A DNA stretch of 64,000 bases, taken from NCBI GenBank assembly GCA_963613135.1, contig CAVDXU010000003.1, forward strand, positions 65,450-129,449, in the 5' to 3' direction. This DNA comes from a bacterium. GTDB taxonomy: Bacteria; Actinomycetota; Coriobacteriia; Coriobacteriales; Eggerthellaceae. Below, piece after piece: positions 1 through 10,696 of the stretch; the stretch's first letter is position 1; each line of letters begins with the position of its first letter. The position numbers and the translations under genes are program-made. Under the pieces are notes generated by a model. The model made no database searches. It saw only the letters and a program-made list of their open reading frames with translations, and was not told the origin of the DNA.

Positions 1-439
1 TCAGGTGTTCCATGCCAACGGAGAGCGTTTCGGCCACCAGCACGTCGTTGAAACGGTCGACCACCAGGCCGGGAAAGCCGTCTGCCTCGCTGAACAGCAC
101 GCGACAGCACGATGAGTCCGAACCCATGACCGTCTTGCGATATTCCCACGCCCAGGCGACCTTGCGCTTCCAGAACGCCCGGTCAAACGCATCGTTGGCG
201 TTGCGCGTGATAAGCCGGATGCGGATCTTGCTCTGCTTCGAGATGAGGCCCGTGCCCAGATACGACCCCTTGCGGCTCACCACATCGACGAGGCTGCCGT
301 TGGCGATTTCGTCGCCCTGCCTCGGCGCACCTTCGACGAAGAGAACCTCGCCCTCGTATACCCACGGATGGCCTCCCGAAAGCGCGCGCTCGCCCTTCGG
401 CGTGATGGTGGCGCGGGGATACGGGCGTTGAGCTTTCAT
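1..439 (-). CDS. rlmI: Class I SAM-dependent rRNA methyltransferase, RlmI-like (5' part; runs off window edge)
   Basis: Manual translation MKAQRPYPRATITPKGERALSGGHPWVYEGEV...SKIRIR...CRVLFSEADGFPGLVVDRFND: GHPWVY and SEADGxPGLxVDRF motifs of the RlmI family; SD AAAGGA upstream. Not in ORF track because truncated. Confidence 0.8.
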   Translation of the reverse strand, partial: MKAQRPYPRATITPKGERALSGGHPWVYEGEVLFVEGAPRQGDEIANGSLVDVVSRKGSYLGTGLISKQSKIRIRLITRNANDAFDRAFWKRKVAWAWEYRKTVMGSDSSCCRVLFSEADGFPGLVVDRFNDVLVAETLSVGMEHL

Positions 440-495
440 GAGGGGTCCTTTCAGGAACGGGAATCGAAAATCGCAAACGACGCGAAGTCAGCGAA

Positions 496-592
496 GGCCG
501 CCGCAGCGCCCCGAACTTGCGAGAAACTCGAAGACTGCGCGTCTGGCACGCAGTCTTTCGGGTTCGCGCAAATACGGGTTGCCGCGGCGGCC
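496..592. repeat. Long imperfect inverted repeat (~97 nt) between aspS and rlmI
   Basis: GGCCGCCGCAGC..TTGCGAGAAACTCGAAGACTGCG / CGCAGTCTTTCGGGTTCGCGCAA..GCCGCGGCGGCC. Confidence 0.7.
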
Positions 593-633
593 CTAAGCAT
601 CAATGGCTCCGATACCGAGAAACAGTCGGAGCT

Positions 634-2421
634 TTACAGCAGGCGCAGGGAGACTTCCTTGAGCTGACGGCCGGTGACCGCGTTCGGGGCGCCGGTCATC
701 GGGTCGGATGCGCTCGAGGTCTTCGGGAAGGCGATGACGTCGCGGATGGACTGCTTGCCGGCGAGCAGCATCACCAGACGGTCGAGGCCCAGCGCAATGC
801 CGCCGTGCGGCGGGGCGCCCAGCTCAAGCGCGTGGATGAGGTGGCCGAACTTCGCCTCCATATCCTCCTCGGCGACGCCCAGGCGCGCAAGGACGCGCTT
901 CTGCAGCTCGGCGTTGTGGATACGGATGGAGCCGCCGCCCATCTCGAAGCCGTCCATGACGATGTCGTAGCTGTAGCTGCCGCAGGCCAGCGGGTCGGAC
1001 TCGATCTTGTCCCAATCGGCCTCGGGGATCATCGTGAACGGATGGTGCTCGGCGGCGTACTTCTTCTCTTCCTCGTCGTAGCGGAACATCGGGAAGTCGA
1101 CGACCCACAGAAGCGCATGGCCCTCGCGGGGGATCTCCAGCTTCTCGGCCATGTGCAGGCGCAGGGCGGACAGCACGGCGGATGCGACGTCGTACTTGTC
1201 GGCGGCGAACAGCAGCAGATCGCCCGGCTCGACGCCGGCGGCCTGCTTGATGGCCGCGTGCACCTCGTCGCCCAGGAACTTGATGATGGGGCTCTTGCCC
1301 GCCAGTTCCGCGTCGGCGTCGGTGTAGGCGATCCAGGCCATGCCCTTCGCGCCGTTGGCGGCCGCGACCTCGGCCAGCTTCTCCACGTCGCCGCGCGACC
1401 AGTTGCCCGCGCCCTTGGCGTTGATGCACTTCACCACGCCGCCGGCTTCCACGGCCTTGCCGAACACGCCGAAGCCGCAGCCGCGCACGATCTCGGTGAG
1501 GTCGACGAGCTCCATGCCGAAGCGCACGTCGGGGCGGTCGCAGCCGAAGCGGTCCATGGCTTCCTTCCACGGCATGCGCTGCAGCGGGAACTCGTGCTCG
1601 ACGCCTGCCGCGGCCAGCACCTCGGAGAACACGCCCTCCATAAGATCCATCACGTCGGTTTCCTCGACGAAGGACATCTCGATGTCCACCTGCGTGAACT
1701 CGGGCTGACGGTCGGCGCGCAGGTCCTCATCGCGGAAGCAGCGGGCGATCTGGTAGTAGCGCTCGACGCCGCCGACCATGAGCATCTGCTTGAACTGCTG
1801 CGGGGACTGCGGCAGCGCGTAGAACTTGCCCGGGTTCGGGCGGGAGGGCACCAGGTAGTCGCGCGCGCCCTCGGGCGTGGAGTTCGCCAGGATGGGCGTT
1901 TCGACCTCGATGAAGCCGCGCTCGTTGAGGGCGGAGCGCATGGCCTGGGCAACCGTATGGCGCAGGCGCAGGTTGCTGTACATCTCGGGACGGCGAAGGT
2001 CCATGTAGCGCCACTTCATGCGCGTGGTCTCGTCGGTCTCGATGCCGTCCTCGATGGAGAACGGCGGCGTGACGGATTCGTTGAGCACGCGGACCTTGCT
2101 GGCCAGAACCTCGATCTCGCCCGTGGCCATGTTCGGGTTGACGGCGTCCGCGCCGCGGCTGCGCACCGTGCCGGTTACCTGCAGAACGAATTCGCGGCCG
2201 AGATGCTCGGCGGCATGGAAATCTTCCTCGCTGACGCAATCGGGGTCGACGACCACCTGCGTGTAGCCCGCGCGGTCGCGCAGGTCGCAGAAGATAAGCC
2301 CGCCGTGGTCGCGGTTATGCCAAGCCCAGCCGCACAGCGTGACCTCGCGGCCCGCGTCGGTGCCGCGCAGCTCGCCGCACGTGGCGGTATGCATGCAGAA
2401 CTCGTTAACGTAATCCGTCAT
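634..2421 (-). CDS. aspS: Aspartate--tRNA ligase (probably non-discriminating Asp/Asn)
   Basis: [43 protein letters not shown] motifs; start moved to MTDYVNEF (SD AGGAAGGG). Confidence 0.97.
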   Translation of the reverse strand: MTDYVNEFCMHTATCGELRGTDAGREVTLCGWAWHNRDHGGLIFCDLRDRAGYTQVVVDPDCVSEEDFHAAEHLGREFVLQVTGTVRSRGADAVNPNMATGEIEVLASKVRVLNESVTPPFSIEDGIETDETTRMKWRYMDLRRPEMYSNLRLRHTVAQAMRSALNERGFIEVETPILANSTPEGARDYLVPSRPNPGKFYALPQSPQQFKQMLMVGGVERYYQIARCFRDEDLRADRQPEFTQVDIEMSFVEETDVMDLMEGVFSEVLAAAGVEHEFPLQRMPWKEAMDRFGCDRPDVRFGMELVDLTEIVRGCGFGVFGKAVEAGGVVKCINAKGAGNWSRGDVEKLAEVAAANGAKGMAWIAYTDADAELAGKSPIIKFLGDEVHAAIKQAAGVEPGDLLLFAADKYDVASAVLSALRLHMAEKLEIPREGHALLWVVDFPMFRYDEEEKKYAAEHHPFTMIPEADWDKIESDPLACGSYSYDIVMDGFEMGGGSIRIHNAELQKRVLARLGVAEEDMEAKFGHLIHALELGAPPHGGIALGLDRLVMLLAGKQSIRDVIAFPKTSSASDPMTGAPNAVTGRQLKEVSLRLL

Positions 2422-2603
2422 GGGATCTTGCCCTTCCTGTCTCAAACCCGGCGAATGTGGAAGTCCGGGCATTGCTCAAACCTGGTTATTGTACCGCACG
2501 AAAAGGGCCGGCACGCACTCCGCCCACCAGCCCATTCGAAAACGACATGCTGCAAAGGCTCTTGCGGCGAGTGGCCACGGCAAACCCGTCCCGCAGGCAT
2601 CAT

Positions 2604-3968
2604 TTATTCGACGCCGAAGATATCCTCGATGGCGACGGCATCGCCGGAGAAGGGCATGCCGCCGAACTTCCCGAGAATAGCCCGCACCCGTTCGATGGAG
2701 ACGAGGCGCTCCTCGTGCGAGGCCATGTTGCGCACCTTCACCTTGCCGGCGGCAAGCTCATCGGGTCCTAAAATGGCGACCATCATCGCGCCGACCTTGT
2801 CCGCCAGCTTGAACTGGCTCTTAAGGCTGCGGTGCTGGTGGTCCATATCGGCAGGGATGCCCGCGTCACGGCACGCCTGCACCAGGGAGAACGCCTCGGC
2901 GCGGACCGAATCGTCCACGCAAGCGAAGAAGACGTCGCAGCGCTTTGCCGAAACGAACTGCTTGCCCGCCGCCTGGATGGCCAGCGCGCAGCGCTCATAG
3001 CCCAGCGCGAACCCGAAGCCCGGCGTGGGGCGGCCGCCAACCTCTTCGACCAGCTTATCGTAGCGCCCGCCGCCACCGATGGCGTTCTGACTGCCGGTGC
3101 CCAGGTCGGTCTGCACCTCGAAAACGGTGCGCGTATAGTAGTCGAGCCCGCGCACCAGCTTGTGATCCTCGGTGTAGTTGACGCCGGCCGCGTCGAGATA
3201 CTTCTTGACCGCCGCGTAATGATCGCGGCATTCGTCGCACAGATAGTCGGTGATCTTCGGGGCGTCGGCCATAACCTCGGCGCAGCCGGGGTTTTTGCAG
3301 TCGAAGGCGCGCAACGGGTTGATCTCGGCGCGACGCATGCACTCGTCGCACATGGCGTCGGCATGTTCGTTCAGAAACGCCTTGACGGCTTCACGATACT
3401 TAGGGCGGCAATGCTCGCAGCCCATGGAGTTCACCAGCAGCACCGTCGACTCGACCGGCACGCCGATGGCCGCGTAGAAGCGCATGAGCATGATGATGCC
3501 CTCGGCGTCGACGCTGGGGTCCTCGGCGCCCAGGCACTCGATGCCCACCTGGTTGAACATACGCTGGCGACCCTTCTGCGGACGCTCGGCGCGAAACATC
3601 GGGCCGGCGTACATGAGCTTGGCCGGAGCCGCGCCTTGCGGCACCAGATCATGCTGCACCGCCGCGCGCACCACGCCGGCCGTGCCCTCGGGGCGCAGGC
3701 TCAGGCGGCTTTTCGCCTTGATGGTGCCGCCATCGATGACGCGCTTGAAATTCTCACCGGAAATGGCCGTGAACATCTCTTTGGAGACGACATCGGTGGC
3801 CTGCCCGATGCCGCGCACGAACAGATCGGTCTGCTCGAACAGAGGCGTCTCGATGGGCTGGTAGCCATAACGCGAGAATATGTCGAAAGCAGTATCGCGG
3901 AAATGCGCCCAGAACTTCGCTTCCTCGGGCAAAAGGTCGCGCGTTCCTTCCGGTGAATTGATGGCCAT
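2604..3968 (-). CDS. hisS: Histidine--tRNA ligase
   Basis: LRPEGTAG, FRAERPQKGR, LVRGLDYY, GGGRYD motifs; start MAINSPEGT with SD AAAGGA. Confidence 0.97.
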   Translation of the reverse strand: MAINSPEGTRDLLPEEAKFWAHFRDTAFDIFSRYGYQPIETPLFEQTDLFVRGIGQATDVVSKEMFTAISGENFKRVIDGGTIKAKSRLSLRPEGTAGVVRAAVQHDLVPQGAAPAKLMYAGPMFRAERPQKGRQRMFNQVGIECLGAEDPSVDAEGIIMLMRFYAAIGVPVESTVLLVNSMGCEHCRPKYREAVKAFLNEHADAMCDECMRRAEINPLRAFDCKNPGCAEVMADAPKITDYLCDECRDHYAAVKKYLDAAGVNYTEDHKLVRGLDYYTRTVFEVQTDLGTGSQNAIGGGGRYDKLVEEVGGRPTPGFGFALGYERCALAIQAAGKQFVSAKRCDVFFACVDDSVRAEAFSLVQACRDAGIPADMDHQHRSLKSQFKLADKVGAMMVAILGPDELAAGKVKVRNMASHEERLVSIERVRAILGKFGGMPFSGDAVAIEDIFGVE

Positions 3969-4194
3969 GATGGGTCCTTTGCTTGGTGATTCGTCAAACC
4001 ATTGCATTTTAGCGCAGCGCGGCGGCGATGCGCCGTGGCGGGAAAAGCCCCATGCAATAAGCGGCAACAGGGCAGGCCGGCGTCGAACGGTGCGCCGGAG
4101 ATCAACGCAAGATCAGGCAGGCAGCAGGCAAGCCGCCAAACGCGCAACGCCCCGATGCGCCCGGCTGACCCGAGACGCGAGACGGTTATGCCGG

Positions 4195-7125
4195 CTACCC
4201 TCCGAAGCTGGCGAGCACATCCATCAGGGCATCATCGGGCCGATAGCGCACGCGAACCGCCAGGGCGCTGCGGGCAATGTGCGCAAGCCCCGCATCGGCA
4301 GCGCACGCGGCGGCCTCATCAAGAGCGTCGATGGCGGTTGGATCGGGGGCGCACGGAACGCCCGCCCCCTCAAGCAGCTCGTCGAGGTTCTCCATGTTCG
4401 GCACGCGCATCCGGGTCTCGTTCATCAGCTCCTGAAGCTCCGCCGTTGCCTGCACCGCCACGGCCGACGACACGGAGACGGACTTCAAATAGCACGCCAT
4501 GCCGGCCTTCGCGTCACCGGCCTTCCATAGCACATAGGCGAGCTGATAGTACAGAAGCGATATGTCGGCAGGCTGCAAAGCGACCCTCAGGCCGTCCACC
4601 AACACAGAGCGGGCGTGCTCCATATCGCCCATCAGCATGTACGCACGCCCCAACGTGCGATAAGACAGCGCTGATGCCGGGGCGAATCCGAGCATGTCTC
4701 GCCCGTAGCGCAGCGCCTCCTCGGAGCAGGTGAACGAGCGCTCAAGCAGATGGACGAGCTCCATATGGCAGAGGAAGAACGAATCAGGGGCCGGGAGCAC
4801 GCGCTTGCCGGCGTCGGCGGCGGCACGCGGGATGGCGTCGATCCGGCCGGCCATGCTCAGGTTGTACAGCACGCGCGAAGCGTAGCTATCGAAGTAACGG
4901 TAGACCACCTCGGCTCCGTCGGAGATGCCATCGAACAGCCTTGTTTCCGAAACGGCGTCGGACAGGAGGGAGATCGCCTGTTTTGCCTGTTCGGGATTGC
5001 CCATATCCATCGCACGAACCCGCCCAAGCGCCACCAGGCATCTATCTTCCCCCAGAAAACGACCGACGACCGCATTTTGATCGGAGGGTTCGAAAACGCC
5101 CTCGGCAAGCGAGGACATCAGGCGGGCGCAAGCGGTCACGGCCCGCTCGTCGTGCGCGGCGACCGCTTCGTCGGAAAACGTCCGAACGATCTTGATGGCC
5201 TCCGAAGCGCTGCCGGCATCAAGGAGCTTTTCGGCTATTTCCTCGGCCATGCTGCGGTAAACCGTGTCGTATTCGATATCCAGGTCGCGCACGTCGCGCG
5301 CCCCCAACGTCAAAGCGGCATCGGGAGAAAGCTCGCGGGCGCCGGCTGGCGACCTCCAGGCCTCGAAGACCGGCCGCAGCATCGCATCGCGCGGAAGATC
5401 CGGCGCAGGGACGTCGAAGCAGGCGCCGGCAGCAAGAAACGCCGCGTCAGGATTCCCCGAGCGGAAAGAAGAGAAGTGCGCAAGCGATTCCCAAAGATCA
5501 CGCGTGAACTCGACATCGTAGATCGCCGCTGCCCCATCGTCGATGGTGGACGCGACGCTTTTGACGGAAGCCACCGCGGCCGCGCTGGCGCAGGTCGCCT
5601 CAAGCGCGCCGGCAAACTGCTCAGCTTCGGACGCTGCCGCTTGCGCCTGCCCCATGGCCCGGTTGAGAAACGGCCGAGCGGCCGCGGGATCCTCGGCAAG
5701 AGGAACCGCAACCACGCGAACGCGCTCAACGACATCATGCAGGGAAAACGTATGGGAAGCGACCAGCAACCCGACGCTCATGGCGTAACTGCGCGCCTGG
5801 CACCACGGATCCGCAATGCCCAGGGAGGCGGCAACCTGCCGATATTCCTTTGGATCCTGTCCGGCGCTTGCCCCCGAACCGAGCCCCATCGCTTGAGAAA
5901 TTATCGAGGCGGCCTGATCGTCGGCGTCGGCGTTTTGCCCCAGTGGCATCAGGTTTTGACCCGGAGTCGTCAAGAAAAACGTGGCGCGGCCCGAAGGCGC
6001 GTCGTAGCGATACTCCACCGCCACACGCACCGGCAGACGCAACTGCTCGATCATGCAGGCGATGCGGCAACGGATATCCCAGTCTCCCCCAAGGGCGCCG
6101 ACCGGTGCGCCTTTGGGCATATCCCCCGTCGACTCCTGCGTGGCCGCCAGCTCGAACAGCAGCTCATCGGCTGCGCGGCACTGATTCATGGTTGCCGATG
6201 ACGCCGTGTCGCCCAGTGCGCTCGCGATGAATTGCAGTCGATTCATCGCGGCCTCGATCCCCCACAGCTCGCTTTGGGAAACATCGGCGTTATCGTCTGC
6301 CTTCGTCAGGTAGCGGACATGCGCATACGCGGTCGATTTCACCATGCGCAACGCCGAATCGGAAACACCGCGGGCGCGAATCGCCATCAAGCCGGCGCGT
6401 TCAAGATTCTCGACAAACAGATTCACGATGGCAGGGGCATGCAGCAGATCGTCCGCCTGAGCGGCATGCACCCCGTCCACCAAGTCGTAAAGCCCTGCCA
6501 GCGGCGCATCGGCCCGCACGGCGGAAAGCAACCGGTTCACACCATGGGTTGGAACGGAAGGGGCCCCAAGCGACGGGCGGTGGAAAAAGGCGAGGAAACA
6601 GCGGGCCATGACGCGCGCGTACGACAGGCCGCGGGCATGATCAGCGAAATCGTACCAACTGTTCGACAGCGAATATATATGGTTCTCGACTCGATATTCG
6701 GCGACCGCGCGGGCAGAGGCGTCAGCCGAATCGCGCACGTACACGTACCCGCCGTTCGATTCACCGCCGCCCTCCTCGGGGAAATGGGCGATCTCGATCT
6801 CGGGTGCGCGCGCAGGCGGAGCCTCGAAGGGGGCGTTGCAGGAAAAGGCGCGGCCGAACAAGTCGATGTACGCGAGCACGTAAAAACCGTCGGAGGCATC
6901 TTGGCTGACCAGACGCACAACATACGTGCCTCCTCCCGCAGGACGCGGAGAAAGCAGACGCCCTGACACGATGCCGAAAACGCCCTCGGCCGGAAGACCT
7001 CCGGGTAGATCGGGAACGGCGTCGGGAAGCGGCGAGAACATCGCCCCGAGCAGGCGTTCCCGTGCCTCGATTTGCCAAACGCCGACCTTTTCCTCAACCT
7101 GCCGCACGGAACCCTCCGAAATCAA
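4195..7125 (-). CDS. Large hypothetical protein with C-terminal TPR-like helical repeats
   Basis: 976-aa ORF; C-terminal SYRTLGRAYMLMGD..A and LYYQLAYVLWKAGD..A..CY patterns; start codon uncertain. Confidence 0.65.
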   Translation of the reverse strand: MISEGSVRQVEEKVGVWQIEARERLLGAMFSPLPDAVPDLPGGLPAEGVFGIVSGRLLSPRPAGGGTYVVRLVSQDASDGFYVLAYIDLFGRAFSCNAPFEAPPARAPEIEIAHFPEEGGGESNGGYVYVRDSADASARAVAEYRVENHIYSLSNSWYDFADHARGLSYARVMARCFLAFFHRPSLGAPSVPTHGVNRLLSAVRADAPLAGLYDLVDGVHAAQADDLLHAPAIVNLFVENLERAGLMAIRARGVSDSALRMVKSTAYAHVRYLTKADDNADVSQSELWGIEAAMNRLQFIASALGDTASSATMNQCRAADELLFELAATQESTGDMPKGAPVGALGGDWDIRCRIACMIEQLRLPVRVAVEYRYDAPSGRATFFLTTPGQNLMPLGQNADADDQAASIISQAMGLGSGASAGQDPKEYRQVAASLGIADPWCQARSYAMSVGLLVASHTFSLHDVVERVRVVAVPLAEDPAAARPFLNRAMGQAQAAASEAEQFAGALEATCASAAAVASVKSVASTIDDGAAAIYDVEFTRDLWESLAHFSSFRSGNPDAAFLAAGACFDVPAPDLPRDAMLRPVFEAWRSPAGARELSPDAALTLGARDVRDLDIEYDTVYRSMAEEIAEKLLDAGSASEAIKIVRTFSDEAVAAHDERAVTACARLMSSLAEGVFEPSDQNAVVGRFLGEDRCLVALGRVRAMDMGNPEQAKQAISLLSDAVSETRLFDGISDGAEVVYRYFDSYASRVLYNLSMAGRIDAIPRAAADAGKRVLPAPDSFFLCHMELVHLLERSFTCSEEALRYGRDMLGFAPASALSYRTLGRAYMLMGDMEHARSVLVDGLRVALQPADISLLYYQLAYVLWKAGDAKAGMACYLKSVSVSSAVAVQATAELQELMNETRMRVPNMENLDELLEGAGVPCAPDPTAIDALDEAAACAADAGLAHIARSALAVRVRYRPDDALMDVLASFGG

Positions 7126-7319
7126 GCATCAACGATGCCTGATAGCTTAGCAAAACGCGCCGAGCAAAACCGACCTGTGCGCAAAACTCCCGCAGGCGGT
7201 CAACGCGATCCGCAAATACGCCAGCGGGCGCGCTGAGAGAGTGGCGAACTCGATGAAACGAGCCGGCGCAGTTCGCTTTGAACTGCGCCGGCTCGTCGAT
7301 AGTTGTATTTCGATTCGCG

Positions 7320-7685
7320 TTATTCTGCTGCGCGCTGGGAGTTCTCGAAGGTGAAGCGGCCCATCTTGATACCGCCCAGGATATGGATGTGAAAGTGCTT
7401 GACCGTCGTGGCCGAATCGGGGCCGGTGTTCACGACCGTGCGGAAGCCGCTCTCGCGCACGCCCTTGAGCTCGGCGACCTTCGGCACCACCGACATCATA
7501 TGGCCGAACACCTCGGCCGGCACGCCGTCGCACATGTCGTCGTAGTGATGCTTCGGCACCAGCAGCGTATGCACCGGGGCTTCGGGCTCGATGTCGTCGA
7601 ACGCGAAGCAGATGTCGTCCTCGTACACCTTGTTCGTCGGGATCTCGCCCGAGATGAGCTTGCAGAACAGGCAATCGTCAGCCAT
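7320..7685 (-). CDS. HIT (histidine triad) family nucleotide-binding protein
   Basis: DCLFCK N-terminus, HFHIHILGG triad; SD AAGGAG. Confidence 0.93.
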   Translation of the reverse strand: MADDCLFCKLISGEIPTNKVYEDDICFAFDDIEPEAPVHTLLVPKHHYDDMCDGVPAEVFGHMMSVVPKVAELKGVRESGFRTVVNTGPDSATTVKHFHIHILGGIKMGRFTFENSQRAAE

Positions 7686-7793
7686 GATGGCTCCTTTCCT
7701 TGTCATCGCACCGCCGCGGCGGGCGCGATTGGGACGAATTACGCGCGGCCTGCCCTCTCGGGGCCAACGAGCCGCGAAAAACTTACCGCTTCC

Positions 7794-8903
7794 CTACAGG
7801 TACTTCACCACAAGATCGCCCATGCCGGCGCAACCGACCACCTTGTCGGCCGGCGTTTCGGCGTCCTTCAGGTCGCCCGTGCGCCAGCCATCGTTGAGCA
7901 GGTTGGTCACGGCGCGACGGATGTCGTCGGCGGCTTCCTGCATGTCGAAGCTGTAGCGCAGCATCATCTCAACCGACAGGATCTGCGCGAGCGGGTTGGC
8001 GATGCCCTTGCCCGCGATGTCAGGAGCGCTGCCGTGGCTAGGCTCGTAGAGCGCCGTGGAGTCGCCCAAGCTGGCGGATGCGAGCATGCCGAGCGAGCCC
8101 GTGATCTGGGCAGCCTCGTCGGAAAGGATGTCGCCGAACATGTTCTCGGTCACCACGACGTCGAAGTCGGCGGGGCGGTTGATCAGCTGCATGGCGGTGT
8201 TGTCCACCAGCAGGTCCTCGATCTCGATGTCGGGATATTCGCTCTCGCCGATGCGATGGACGATCTCACGCCACATGCGGCTCGTCTCGAGCACGTTAGC
8301 CTTGTCGACGCTGGTCACCTTGCCGCGGCGCTTGCGGGCGGCCTCGAACGCCTGGCGGGCGATGCGCTCGACCTCGTACTCGCGATATTCCAGCGTGTCG
8401 TAGGCGCGCTGGCCCTTCGCGCCGCCCGTGCCGGCGCCCTCTTCATCGTAGAAGCGCTCACGGCGGCCGAAGTACAAACCGCCGGTAAGTTCGCGCACGA
8501 TCATGAGGTCGACGCCGTCGATGATCTCGGGCTTGAGCGTGGAAGCGCCGGCCAGCGCAGAGAAGATCTGGACGGGACGCAGGTTGGTGTACAGGCCCAG
8601 GCCCTTGCGGATGCCCAGCAAACCCTGTTCGGGGCGCGGGGCGGCAGGATCGGTGGTGTCCCACTTCGGGCCGCCCACCGCCGCGAGCAGCACGGCGTCG
8701 GCCGCCTTGGCCGCCTCAAGCGTGGCTTCGGGCAGCGGGTCGCCCGTCGCGTCGATGGCGACGCCGCCGATAAGCGCTTCCTCGCACTTGAACTGCACGT
8801 CGTACTTCTCGCCGACGGCGTTGAGCACCTTGATGCCCTCGGCGATGATCTCCGGGCCGATGCCGTCGCCGGGCAACGTGCAGATGGTGTACTGCTTGGT
8901 CAT
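7794..8903 (-). CDS. leuB: 3-isopropylmalate dehydrogenase
   Basis: LPGDGIGPE, VRELTGGLYFG, VDKANVL, NMFGDILSDEA, EPSHGSAPDIAG. Confidence 0.96.
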   Translation of the reverse strand: MTKQYTICTLPGDGIGPEIIAEGIKVLNAVGEKYDVQFKCEEALIGGVAIDATGDPLPEATLEAAKAADAVLLAAVGGPKWDTTDPAAPRPEQGLLGIRKGLGLYTNLRPVQIFSALAGASTLKPEIIDGVDLMIVRELTGGLYFGRRERFYDEEGAGTGGAKGQRAYDTLEYREYEVERIARQAFEAARKRRGKVTSVDKANVLETSRMWREIVHRIGESEYPDIEIEDLLVDNTAMQLINRPADFDVVVTENMFGDILSDEAAQITGSLGMLASASLGDSTALYEPSHGSAPDIAGKGIANPLAQILSVEMMLRYSFDMQEAADDIRRAVTNLLNDGWRTGDLKDAETPADKVVGCAGMGDLVVKYL

Positions 8904-9133
8904 GTTCGCTTCCTTCCAAACGCTTTCAAGCACGCAATTTCGATTCGCATTGCAGCATACCGCAAAGGCAGCGATTTCGGGCACACAGACGCATCAAAGC
9001 ACGCAAGGCGCAAGGAGCGTGCGGCCAAAATAAGCCCTAAAGATGAGTGAGCGAATCATTTTATAGGTCTTGCTATGCAATTCTTAATTCAAACCTATAA
9101 TCGCTTATAGAGATTTACGGAAGCAGGGGGTCT

Positions 9134-10021
9134 ATGAACGCAACGGAAAACGAGTCTTCGCCGCGCAAGAAGCGGCGCTGGCCGAGGCGTGTCGCGATTA
9201 CGCTTGCGGTCGTGCTCGTCGCTGGTGGCGCGGGCTTTTTCGTCTACTTTAATGACTGCTATCACGCGAACGAGACCGTCGAGCAGTACTTCGCTGCATG
9301 GGAAAACAGCTCAGGCAACGCCGATGCCGGGCGCGCCGACGGAAAGGTCGCGGCGAGCGACCCCTCGTCCACCGAAAGCGCCGTCTCCGATGCGATCGAC
9401 CTCGCAACCGGGAGCGACCAAGCCGCATCGCAGCGCACCGTCACCGAATCCGATAGCTTCATCGCGCTGGGCAGCCCCGCTTCCGAATATGGGTTGGTCC
9501 TCTATCCGGGAGCCAAGGTGGAGCCGGCGGCCTACATGCCTCTCATGGAGAAGATCGCCGACGAGGGCATCTACTGCGTCATGGCGAAGATGCCCTTCAA
9601 CTTCGCCTTCTTCAACATCAATGCAGCCGACGCGCTGATGGCCACCGCGCCCGATATCAAGCATTGGTGGATTGGCGGGCACTCGCTCGGCGGCGTGGTG
9701 GCGGCAACCTATACCGCCGATCATGCCGATGCGCTCGAAGGCATCGCGCTTCTGGCCGCCTATTCGACGGAAGATCTAAACGTCGGCTCCTTGCGGGCCA
9801 TCGTCCTGTACGGATCGAATGACCAGGTCGTCAACAGGGAAAGCCTGGAGAAGGATGCGGGGAACTTGCCCGCCGATTCGCAAACCGTTCTGATCGAGGG
9901 CGGCAACCACGCCGGCTTCGGCGACTACGGCGCGCAGGAAGGCGACGGCGACGCGGCCATCAGCGCCGACGAGCAGCGGGCAATCACCGCCAGCGCCATA
10001 GCCGACGCGATGAAACGGTAA
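9134..10021 (+). CDS. Membrane-anchored alpha/beta hydrolase
   Basis: N-terminal TM; YPGAKV, GGHSLGG nucleophile elbow, GSND, GGNHAGFGDYG. Confidence 0.88.
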   Translation: MNATENESSPRKKRRWPRRVAITLAVVLVAGGAGFFVYFNDCYHANETVEQYFAAWENSSGNADAGRADGKVAASDPSSTESAVSDAIDLATGSDQAASQRTVTESDSFIALGSPASEYGLVLYPGAKVEPAAYMPLMEKIADEGIYCVMAKMPFNFAFFNINAADALMATAPDIKHWWIGGHSLGGVVAATYTADHADALEGIALLAAYSTEDLNVGSLRAIVLYGSNDQVVNRESLEKDAGNLPADSQTVLIEGGNHAGFGDYGAQEGDGDAAISADEQRAITASAIADAMKR

Positions 10022-10063
10022 GCCGGCGCCACGCCCGGCGAACGCGCTGCTCCCCCCTCGAAC

Positions 10064-10104
10064 GAAAAACCGCCCGCAGGTCCAAACGACCTGCGGGCGG
10101 TTTC
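10064..10104. terminator. Probable bidirectional intrinsic terminator between convergent genes
   Basis: AAACCGCCCGCAGGTC-CAAAC-GACCTGCGGGCGGTTT perfect stem with A/T tails. Confidence 0.8.
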
Positions 10105-10189
10105 ATGAGCAAGTAAAGCCACGGGGCAAAGCAGCGCCTCGCAGACCGGCGTACCGCGCAAAGCCGGCACGCTTCACAACCCTGAAGCC

Positions 10190-10684
10190 TTACAGCCCCA
10201 GAACCTTCTTCGTGCGGTTGATCAGCCCGCCTTCCTCGATGATCTCGCGGATGAACGGCGGGAAGGGCTGCGCCTTGAACGTCTCGCCCGTGGTGGTGTT
10301 CGTGATGATGCCCGCATCGGCATCGACATCGACCACGTCGCCCTGCTTGATGGCGTCAACGGCCTCGGGGCACTCCATGATGGCCAGGCCGGTGTTGATG
10401 GAATTGCGGTAGAAGATGCGTGCGAAGCTCTTCGCGATGACCACATCGACGCCCGCCGCCTTGATGGCGATGGGCGCATGCTCGCGGGAGCTTCCGCAGC
10501 CGAAGTTCTCGTCGGCGACGATGATGTCGCCGGGCTTCACCTTATTGACGAAGTCCTTGTCCAAGTCCTCCAGGCAATGCGCGGCAAGCCACTCAGGCTC
10601 GGACGAGTTCAGATAGCGGGCCGGGATGATGACGTCGGTGTCGATATCGCGGCCGTAACGATGCACGGATCCCTTGAAATGCAT
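10190..10684 (-). CDS. leuD: 3-isopropylmalate dehydratase small subunit (LeuD type 2)
   Basis: [33 protein letters not shown]. Confidence 0.94.
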   Translation of the reverse strand: MHFKGSVHRYGRDIDTDVIIPARYLNSSEPEWLAAHCLEDLDKDFVNKVKPGDIIVADENFGCGSSREHAPIAIKAAGVDVVIAKSFARIFYRNSINTGLAIMECPEAVDAIKQGDVVDVDADAGIITNTTTGETFKAQPFPPFIREIIEEGGLINRTKKVLGL

Positions 10685-10696
10685 GTTGGTTCCTCC

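Noticed and set aside
517..3000. 827-aa plus-strand ORF and many similar long ORFs (e.g. 7278-9050, 10478-12028, 53402-54787, 55495-56946, 61100-62416)
   Set aside because: Antisense shadows of well-supported genes, expected from high-GC codon bias; no recognisable motifs
2422..4194. T-box riboswitches upstream of hisS or aspS
   Set aside because: No T-box consensus seen; -10-like elements lie close to both starts, leaving short leaders
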